A stretch of DNA of 59,559 nt, counting the filler, from Sphacelaria rigidula (Eukaryota): the NCBI GenBank assembly GCA_964200075.2. It is 6 parts of 6 records of this genome, joined end to end, with 100 filler letters (N's around TTAATTAATTAA, not from the genome) between each part and the next. Parts side by side here need not be neighbours in the genome. Positions count along the whole stretch, not along the records: positions 49,717 to 59,559 come from CAXNAA020007648.1; 5 more parts are not named here. One strand, given 5' to 3'. Numbering within the stretch: the stretch's first letter is position 1; each line of letters starts with the position of its first letter. This document shows, piece after piece, positions 49,800 to 59,559 of this stretch. A model generated the notes under the pieces. It was not told where the DNA came from. It saw only the letters and a list, made by a program, of their open reading frames with translations, and ran no database searches. The position numbers were made by a program, and so were the translations under genes.

Positions 49800-52640
49800 G
49801 ACTCACATGGCAATCTGAATTTGAGTGACAGATTTCTACAATGAACGTTCATTAGGCCCGCTGAAAGGCGGTAGGTCCGCTGAAAAAGCAGCTGACGCTT
49901 CAAGATAGGGAAGTCTGCAGGCCTTATCAGTTTGCAGCAAGCAAGACCAGCTAAAGGCGTGTTAACGTCGCGAGGAGTTGGAGAAGTAGAGCCGAGGAGG
50001 TTCTGAGGCAGTACTAGGGCGGGCTGTGGTATCGCTCGTGCGAGAGGTGCGGGGGATTGATCGACAGCTGGCGAGCCCAAGAGCGTTCCAGAAAAAGCGG
50101 CGCAATTATTGCCTGGTGCTGCCAGCGCGAGTTCCCTGGTCCACGCTTGGCCAGGTACGGTCGAGAAGAGGAGTCTAAGGACTTCAAGACGTGGTGAGAA
50201 CTGAGTGAGGAGGAGGCGTGTGTGGTCGTCGTTGTAAGGTGGTATAGCGCGTCTTAGTATAAGGAGAGAGTTGTTGTTCCTGTGAGTGGGAGGCGACTTC
50301 CTTTTTCAAAAAGGCGGTGTGGAGTGCTGTACTGCTGACTAAAGTGTACGAGGCACAGGAATATGTCATCGTCGATGGTCGTGTTGTTCCTGTACTGGCG
50401 CTGGAGATGCCGTACTACGACCGCAAGTTTTCGAGCGAGAAATCGGCCGAGGTTTTACGCAAATACGATAAACATTATTTTCCAGAGATAGAACAGGTGG
50501 ACGCGCGGTGGACAAACCTCTTTGAGGTGGCAGCAGTTTCTGACCTCATGCCGAAACATATTGCGAAATGTCTGCGTGACACGTTCTTTAAACATGCTTA
50601 TGATGTTGAGAACAAGCAGCTACTTTTCGCTTTGCGCAAGCATGCATCGCCGAATGAGGTGCATGGCACTGTGAAGATCGAGCAGCATGTGTCTGCCCGA
50701 GGGGATAGGCATGATAGTGCACCCGCTGAACGTGCTGTCGGTAGGGTGCGTCTTAAGCAACGATACAAGGCAGATGTTCCCACTGTGAGGAGCGGGAAGG
50801 AAACACAGCACGTGTCTGTCAAAGCGGGTAGGCATGAGAGCGCGCCCGCCGACAGTACCACGGTAAGCATTGGTTTGGATGCTGCTGGTATTGCTGCTGG
50901 AGAGGGCGAATATGTTACGCAGCTCGAGCAGACTGCAGGCAGCTTAGTAGCCGCTGTTGCCATTCAGGAGTGTGCTGAGCAGGAGGTGGCGGCTGTAGGA
51001 AGTATGGGTGATACTGCCGCTGCTCTTGGCGATGTTGAGAGGGTGAGGCCTACATGGGTCAGCGAGCAAGTACTGGTCGGCGGAGGTCCCAATTGCTTGT
51101 GGCCGCCGGACCAGCGCGTAGCTGGAGATATTCCTTGCATGCTCGAAGCTGCTGGGGGGGGGTGTTATTCGCGTATTGCGAACGAGCAGGGTGAGTAAGG
51201 AGCTTGCCGTGCTCATGGTGAATCTATCTGCGCCAGTGACATGGCGGGAGATCGTTCAGATGATTCGCAAGGGTGTCTGCTTGAAGGACAGGTGGATGCC
51301 GGGTTGGCAGAATTGCCGCCGGAGCAGCACGTAGCTGTGGACACGCCTTGCATGATTGCAACAGCAGGGGCGTGTGACCGGCGTGAAGCAGATACGCAGA
51401 GCGAGCTGCAAGCTCGTGATGCTGTTGGCGATCACAGTTCTGACGGCGACGACGAGCGTTGAGTGGTGTTGGGATGGTCGTGTGCACTGCTGTATGCATG
51501 GACAGCTTTGGCGTATTTGGCGGCGTTGATTGCGGTGTCTTTGCCGCTGTACGGTCAGGTGCTGGAGGAGTATGGCGTGATGCCATCGGGAGGTGTTGCT
51601 GTGCGGGACTGTATGGATGCTCCCGTTTTGCCTCTTGTTTCCTCTTAAAAACCGACCGAAGAACGAGCGTTCGTGAATGCGCAAGCATCTGTGGGGGCGG
51701 AGGATCTGTCGCATTGGTTTGGCGGTGCGGAAATACCGTTTAGTGGCGAGCTGAGCGGCTCGAGCCATAGCTGGACTCATGGCGCGAGGAGCGAGTGTTC
51801 GAGTGAAAACGCTGCTCTACGCTGTGCACGGGGTTGTGGTTCGAGTGCTGCTGTTTCTCAGGTGCGGGCTGGAGGACTACAAAACAGGAATTGCCTGAGG
51901 TGTTTGCTGTTGTGGTGAGCGCCGAGTTGGGTGCTGATGTTGAGGGGCAAGTGCTGTAGTGATTGAGTGCTTGTTGAGAATGATTGACCTCATTATGACT
52001 GCTATTTGCGAATCGTTTTGAGAATGGTTACAGCTTGTCATTGTGTGGTTTGTGGTCATGTTCGCGCATGAAACATGGTTGTTGAGCGAGTATGACCGTA
52101 TCGCGTGTGCAGGGTAAAACTCTGGCGTACATGTGGATATTTGGCATGTGTGTGTTGAAGTAGCGCGAATGCATGTTCATGATGGACGATATTTTCTGGG
52201 GATCTCTTGCAAGTTGTTCGGAAGTAGGGCAAGCTTGTATGAAGCTGTTGTCGAAAGCAGCGGAAGAGATTGCTATTCTTTGCGGAAAACGACGGTACTA
52301 TCAGGCACCAATGATGTCTGAGTTTGTCAAGCTCTGATGTAACTACTTGTTGGTAGTAGAGAGCTTTGAGGGTGCTGTAGACTCCAGCCACCATTGTTAT
52401 CTAAGGTTGGGGGCATTGTGTATGGTGGAGTTGCGGGTCTGATTGCCGGACTCTGTGATGGTGACCTCCATGACGAGAGAGCACAGCTTTGCTACTCTGG
52501 TGGAGAGAGGCTAAGGTCCTGTTCTTCTGTATATGCTACGGTTCAATACATGAATAACTAAAGCTGCTGAAGTCCATGTGCCCGTGATGGGAGGAGTCCA
52601 CATGACGATCTGATTTTGAGTGACAGAGGTCTATAGGCTG
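49800..52640 (+). mobile_element. Putative non-autonomous LTR retroelement with gag-like ORF (50317-51198) and no pol
   Basis: The direct repeat cacatg.c.atctga.tttgagtgacaga occurs at ~49805 and ~52599. A PPT-like aaggttgggggcat|tgt lies at ~52403-52419. An intronless 293-aa ORF is followed by a decayed low-complexity frame. Confidence 0.45.
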
Positions 52641-52899
52641 GGCCCCTGGGTGGACAGTTAAAGTGCGACAACCAATCAATCAATCAATCAATTATCCCCA
52701 TTAAAGTGCATGTATAGCTCCATCTAGTATACAAACAGCAGTGAGATTACTTTTGCGTTTCTGATCTAAGAAATCATTTGGTTTGTTGTGGTAGACATTG
52801 GACGACCCGGTTTTACGAGCTATGTGCATACAAATGCGAGGTATACACCAACACTCTACCATCGCCACGGCTGCAGCTGAAGCATCGCTTCGAAGCACA

Positions 52900-53200
52900 G
52901 GCGTGTGGACATACACTCGTAAGCAGTGTCTGAGATTTGTACACAGCGAAAGCTGTTGAAAAGTCTATCCTTTAGCCCAATTGGTATATGAATTGGGGGG
53001 CAAGAAGATGAGTTGTTTTCAACATTTTTGCTGCATCTCGGATCCCATCCGCTGAATACGGTGCAGTGTGTGGAACTTGCACAGCTGAGGCTGTTCGCAA
53101 TAAGTTTTCTTTTCGCTCAATTTCCGGATGAATTGGCGGGCAAAGTGGGAATAAATTTCGAGCATCTTCTCCTACTCAAATTCTGATTCTGCCAGTGTAT
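52900..53200 (+). mobile_element. Highly decayed CR1/L2-like RT C-terminal remnant
   Basis: EYGAV(VW)...EAVRNKF resembles LEYGSVVW...LERVQNKF; many frameshifts. Confidence 0.25.
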
Positions 53201-54959
53201 GGTATTTGTACAGCAGAAAAGCTGTTCGAAATAAATAATCATAAAGATTTTGTAACAAAAACAAAATGGAATTTTCGAATTGGGAGTGCCTCTCCACAAG
53301 GTTGCTTACAGGGTCTCGAGAAAAACGCTATACAAAATGCTGGTAGAAGTACTAGCGTTTGCAAATGCCGTACACGGGTCCCCATAAAGACTGTGAGGAA
53401 CCCTGTGTAGCACGTCCCACAGGATGCTACGTGTCCACGTATGTTGTTTCTGGTATGACCAGCGGGTAGTGTATATCTTGGGGTTAATATATAAGCGCCC
53501 ACATGACCAGCTGTTTCGTTTCGGAGACACAAATGCGTGATGGTCGCTATCTTGTTTGATGACGTGGATTTATAAGCGTGGAATGATACGATATATACGT
53601 AACATAAGAGATCGAAGTTGGCTCGTTTGGATCGTAGATGAGTTATGACTTGAGTGAGGACACGTTCAGGATCGTTGTTTCAGGTCTTCCGTACCAACCC
53701 CACGATGTCACTCTCTCATCTGGCCTTGGGTTCTATAGTACAGTAGAGGCTGATCAAAGATCATTTCTGCGTCTGATACTTCGACTGCAACGTCCACGGT
53801 CTTCGGCTTCGGTGACTGAGCCTCAGGAACAAGGAGACTAAGTAAGTCTTTCCCTAAGTGTACCATACCCTTCCCTATTTTGCTCATTTTTTACCCGCGC
53901 ATGTTTGGTAAATAGTTATCGTTCCCTGAGAATACATCAACTGTAGTAAGCAGATAAAGAGAGCGTTTTGATCCTGTACACGTCATCACCTCTCTGCCTC
54001 TAGCAGCCAGGGTGACATTTTTATTCACTTGACTTTTGGGGCTTCAGCTGGGATCACCTGACAATTGGGGCCTCCAGCTGAAGGTTCTCTTTGCTTTTAT
54101 TGTTCCAGTTGCTGTGTTCCTGGTGGTTGGGACTGTAGTATCATTTTTGCCTGTTCAAAAGGCTGTCGAGTTTTCTTGGGTTCTTTGTTTTGGCCGTCTG
54201 ACTACACAGCTTCCAGTCGTGAATGCATGCGAACTTTTATTGCGCTTACTACATAACAGCATGCACGTGCTGCCGCCACTCCTGTTATACAACTTTTGCG
54301 GAGGCACCTGCTACAGAGCCCTTTTACTTATTGTGCACTCGAATCAATCACGTGTTGCAAATCAAACGCGACCCCCCCCCTCCCCCCCGCGTGACTCCTC
54401 TTGTTTGGATAGTCGCGGTAGTTCAATATACCGAGATCTATGATGTATCTGTACCAGACCCCGCCCACCCTTCTCCTTTGACACAACACAGCGTCATGCA
54501 CCCTGCGCTGCTTTCGACTGTTGCTTTTACAAGCGGAACAACTACCGTCGGTAAAAAAATGTACTACATGCTGCATCTTCAAGCACGTAGTCTGTAGTGT
54601 CCTGAGTTGTCGAAATCTGTGCGATGTTGGTGTAGGCACTGAAAATTGCGGCACTGCCCGCCTATAACAGCGGTCATGAACGATGTTTATCTACTCGATT
54701 GCACTGTACAGCATCGTACTGCGCCGTACTTGATACGGCCTGTCGTGTATAGCCCCTCTATTTTTTGTATTTCACAATACACGTGCTTATACTGTCCGGT
54801 ATTATATCGTGTGTCGATACAACACCGCACTGTACTAAGTCGTACCGTCTGTGCTACGTGGTCTGTATGTACTATAGATATTGCACTGTTTTGGGTTGCG
54901 AATGCACTTCGATTGTCCGTCTGTACTGCATGTCACCCTGCTAACTCCCAAGCTAGTTG

Positions 54960-56030
54960 CAGCGGACTTTACGATACACATACATTCCGCATTGGGGTGT
55001 ACCCAAACGATTGTTGTCCGATAGCGGCCCGCATTTCGCCGGCAAACTTGCTGCCGCGATCAGTAACCTCCTGGGTGCCCATCGCATTTTTACTAGCTCA
55101 CACCATCCGCCCACAAACGGTGGAACTGAACGAGTGAACCATACGATGGCTCAAATGCTTGCAACGGTAACGAACGAAGGCCAAACGGACTGGGACTTGC
55201 ATTTGCCCCTTGCTTAGATGGACCACAACATTTCAGTCAATGCCGCAACGGGATTGGCTCCCGATGAAGTTCATGTTGGTCGTATGCCCAGGTTGTCACT
55301 GACGGTGTTCCAACGGAACCCTTACGGAGGCCATCAAACTTTGGATCGAGATATTGGGGAGTAGCATATATATGTTAGTAATCGCTCTCGTCTTGCGTAT
55401 GAGGTGGTACGCGAGCAGAACCAAACCAATGTAGCAAAAGTAGCCAGGGCAAACGCTGTGTTGGATGATGCGGTAAACAACCGTTGGGTGTCGAAGGTAG
55501 ATCAATGGGCATGGGTGTACAGTGATGTGAAAACCGTCCCTCAAGGGGCTAGCTCTATAAGTATTCGTTGGATAAGGTGTTGAAGTCGAAACTATCTTTG
55601 AATTGGGCTGGTCCTTGGAAAATCTTGGTGGTTGGGCCCTGTGATGCCGCACCTGACAATAATCCGGTAGGCGAGAAACTTTTGTATTTTATTCTCCCAC
55701 GGATGAACCTGGCATCAAACCCAAAACCGAGTTTCGATGCTTCGGTGTAAACCGTGTCTGCCCCCACATGATGCAACCGAAATGCCCAAACAATGGTCAA
55801 TGGATCTTAGCCAGTATGTATCGACCAACTATGCGGCCAAAGCCCCGCCATATCACACGACGGTTGAAGATGCCAACGGCCCTCTTGAGCGAGATGTGGT
55901 AGATCGCATCTCAGGCCATCAATTAGCCCGAGGTCAAGGAGTAAAAATAGTGGTCATGTACCAGACACACTGGGAAGGTATTACGCGTGATACGTGGGAA
56001 CGGGAAGTTGATTTGCGCCACTTTCGCAAA
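54960..56030 (+). mobile_element. Ty3/Gypsy integrase remnant with GPY/F-like motif and chromodomain-like C-terminus
   Basis: WGVPKRLLSDSGPHF...TSSHHPPTNGGTERVNHTMAQML...DWDLHLP; KLSLNWAGPWKIL; VDRISGHQLARG...MYQTHWEG...TWERE. Contains stops and frameshifts. Confidence 0.9.
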
Positions 56031-59000
56031 AGCTGTAAAAACAAAACAGTTCGATGTTCTGAAGTACGTCCACATGATTTAAACTACTCTTGTGGTTTGA
56101 GAGAGGGTGGCTTCCCTGCCCCCCCCCCCCGCCAGGTATGTTGTTTTTGCGTAATTCGGTGCATGTTGTCACGGTGGGTGACCTCTGTGCAGACGGCAGT
56201 CAGTACAGTAAAGCAACTGAAGCTAGCTATGGTCGGGTTTGCCTGCCGTACTGCCGACAGCGTTGCTTGAAAGCCACAAGTCCTTTGCGGTCGGCGGTTG
56301 ATGGCGTGGGTGTCAAATGCGACGACAAATGGCTGATCGTAAAGCACTCTTGTTCCTCGTGGGGTCATATGTTTCCCCAGCTTGTAATGCATGACCCCTC
56401 ACATCGGGATTAATTCTGGAAAGCTACTGGACCTAGGTGTTCATGCACCCAGTGTGTGCTCCAGGTTGCAGCATCAAGGCACTCCTCTGCCCCACGCTAG
56501 CAACAGTTAGGTCACGTTTATAGGTGTCGTTTTTTATTCCGCATGTCAAGAAGGTCTCCACAAGTGTTTGATCTCTCATACACCCCCCCCCCCCCAACTG
56601 GCGTGTGGCACGCTCTTGTGGTCGGGCACCCGTATGGTCACATGCCGGGGAAAATCAGCGATGAATAACACACCTCAAGTTCAAATTCGATATGTTATTG
56701 CCGCAGCAGTACCGCCCTTGCTGGCATGTGTGTGACAGAGAACAGTAGCGGTGACGGAAACATTGCCCTGGTTTTCAAAGACGTATTCTGCAGCGCACAG
56801 AGGCGCGTCCTGTCCGAAACGAGAGTGAGAGAGAAGTCGATCTTTGCATTGGTGAGCTCCACAGGCAAGAAGAGACGACATTCCTTCGTACCTCGATGTC
56901 CTTTGGGGGGCTGTGCGTAGCAATATAACAGGCCTACCGGCACATGAGAAATTGGATACATGCTGGTAACATGCATGATGCCAGTTTCTCGAGCGATTGT
57001 TAATCGCCGAGCGAAGACACACAAAGAACACGCGCAAGGAGCTTCCTCTCTGTCGTTGCTTCTCTCTCTGGTGATATCGTCATCGACACGCGTTTACACC
57101 GCATTCGTTTGGTGCACCTAGCCACATCTGCTTGACTGCTACAGACGTTTGAGCGGGTGATGATTTCGCCCTGTATAACTGTTTCGCGTTATTCTTAAAA
57201 AAAGGTATGCCGCTTGAATCCCATTTCAGAGATCAACCCCATTTTCCAGGATCCACTGTTTGCTGTGGTTTTAGCGACAAAAGTGCCCTCGGATGGAACC
57301 CCACGAGTTTTGCGTCGCCACCCCCACGACGTTTGACTACATCACTTCAGTCCGGTATGATTGAGCGTTCCCTGTAGGATCAGATGGTCCCCGCCCCTTG
57401 TCAGGGAGAGAGGGGTGGCCCCGTGACCGCGCCGGTACTCCTAGCGCACCATGTCCCCCTCATCAGTGCAATCAAATGATTTTTTGCAATACTATGGAAA
57501 TAATACTCGAGCCCGAACATTTTTCCTTGTAGAAGAGACGCCGTCGGAGACAGCTCACGTCCCCCTTCCATGTGTCGCTGCCCCTGCTGCTTACCAGCAC
57601 CACCTTCGCCAAATCTATCGGATTACAGATCGTAGCCCCCGTTACCACCACTTGTGTCGGAGCCCCAAACATCAGTTGCTATGACGTACCGCCCCCATCC
57701 CTCGGCGATGCCGCGAGCGATGAGCTCACTTTGGCGGAATGGGGAATTCCCCAAATTCCCCCCCCGTCACGCCCCCCTCCCCCTCCCTACGCCTGTACTG
57801 TCTTTTTGTGGTGTCCTTCATATGTACATCGGCGTGCCTCTTGTTGATTACTGCTGGTGCTCGGGTGCACTAATTTTGCCGTACGTTGTTGTGGAGCTTT
57901 GTTGCCGTTCAGTGGTTTCTGTGCACACATGATCGCGTAGCAATTGTACACGAACGGACCTCCCCTTTGCTGCGTTGTAGCCCCTCACTGGTTTTGGTAC
58001 CGTGTGCTTCCTTGTGTTAGGTTCGCCATTTTGGTGACTGCGTTCCTAGTACCCGTACGAGTAGCATAATTCTTGTCGCTGTCGCATTTCTGTCCGTGTC
58101 CCCTGAGCATTTAGTGTTTTCCATTTGTATCTTCGACTTTTTGGCGCAATGAGCTGACTGTAGATTTAGCCCAGTCTTCATATAGCATGTTGAAAATTTT
58201 GATGGCTCGTTCTCCGGATTTATTCGTAGTTGTCACTGCTCATCCCCCTGCCGCCAGCCAAGAGAGCTCGCCGCATGGGAGTACTCCCTTATATCGCCTT
58301 GTTGCATGGGCCATTGGTTACACCGTGTACTGCTAAGTATACCGCCCTTGTTGTAGGCCGTATTTCTGCCCGACGCCTGTTGTTTTTGGTCGACTTGAGT
58401 CGCTGCATTTTGACGACCCATCCGGATGTTTTCGTTTGTTTATTCTACCCCTATCCCGTGGCGCAGCCTGGAGAGCTGGTGACACGGGTGTGTTCTCTCG
58501 TATCGTTCCGTTGCTCGTGGCCCAGTATTACCACAGGAATCAACAATTATACCACCCTTGATGTAGGCCGTATTTCCACCGGACGATTGCTTTGAGTTGG
58601 GTATTGCGTTCTGACGAAATCCCCATTTCAATTATTCTAATCTTTGCGCATAACACACGATAGGTGATCCGCCGCGCAGGACGAAAAGTTCTCACCAACG
58701 ACCCTTGACTTCTTGCCAAGATTGTCGTCTTGGGTGGGCTGGTGCCCACTCCCGCAGAGGTTTTGAATTTCGCACTTCGGGCAAACCAAACCTGAACTTG
58801 GGCTGCACCTCCCATTTCATCTCCCTGCTGCTGCGCAGTTTCCCCCCCGTCTCATCGCATTTGCCCCCCACCTCTTGACTCTTGGGATGGCGTCGAGTGG
58901 TAACGGCGCCTTCAAACAAGCCACCAAAACCTAGGCAAATGTACAGACTGTCACCGTACATATACTGGGGACCGCCACTAGATAAATAAAGTCCCGGACC

Positions 59001-59220
59001 GACAGACACAACATTCAGAAAGTTAAACGACCCAATGGTTTCCCCCCAGGAACACACAATAATAAATATAGACATGATATACCGAAGATGGTGTTTTTCA
59101 CCTTATTCTACTACTTCCTTTTCCTTAGCTAGTCTGTTCTTCCTTCCTTCCTAGTATTTTCCTGCCTCTCTTCCTCTACAATTCTCCCTTTTCCGTTTTT
59201 TCTTTCCCACCCCCCATAAT

Positions 59221-59460
59221 ATAGCCCGGATACGAACATGAAATAGACAAGCTACCCTTCCTTCTTCTTTAACCTCCCATAGCACAGCCCGGATATAGAC
59301 AGGGGATGGAGAAGCTAACCCTCCTTTTTCTTTATCCTACCAAAACACAGCCCGGACATAGACATGGGATAGACAAGCTAACCCTCCTTTTTATATCACC
59401 TACTACAACACAGCCCGGACATAGACATGAAAAAATAGAGAAGCTAACCCCCCTTTTTCT
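59221..59460. repeat. Four ~63-bp diverged tandem units within an unclassified repeat (~58630-59559)
   Basis: agcccgga.a..gaca....ataga.aagcta.cc..c.tttt starts at ~59221, 59284, 59347 and 59410. Confidence 0.85.
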
Positions 59461-59559
59461 TTCTTTATTTTATTATTATTATTATATCCATCACATGAGC
59501 TCGATCTCACGAACCCGTGGTCACATAGTGCAAGGAGTATACCACCAATATACCCATAA

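Noticed and set aside
49717-54500. Upstream NOP14 exons
   Set aside because: This lies beyond an artificial linker on a different scaffold, and no Nop14-like exon was seen.
59221-59460. CRISPR-like repeats
   Set aside because: Whole units are homologous diverged tandem copies with no unique spacers.

Overview
This is repeat-rich, intron-containing eukaryotic nuclear DNA, most consistent with a brown alga (Phaeophyceae; inferred from gene and repeat style). It is not one contiguous locus. It is six unrelated scaffolds of 9844, 9843, 9843, 9843, 9843 and 9843 bp joined by artificial 100-nt N44-TTAATTAATTAA-N44 linkers. Host genes recovered by reading splice sites: the 3' nine exons of NOP14 (minus strand, 41712-49061), a multi-exon gene for an uncharacterised coiled-coil protein (plus strand, ~1975-9577), and isolated exons including one POMP/beta-helix repeat. 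The rest is mostly transposon debris: LINEs, tRNA-derived SINEs, a Gypsy integrase remnant, a gag-like LTR element, a pogo-like remnant and many MITEs. The best lead is a ~1.04-kb non-autonomous piggyBac-type element (TTAA TSD, present on two scaffolds) that appears to carry a captured host coding fragment resembling the senataxin/Sen1 N-terminus. One copy sits in a three-level transposon nest. Other leads are a 36-bp hAT-type mini-element with a perfect 8-bp TSD and a decayed PD-(D/E)xK-like ORF that might be an endogenous RNA-virus fragment. All homology calls come from motif recognition by eye; no searches were run.
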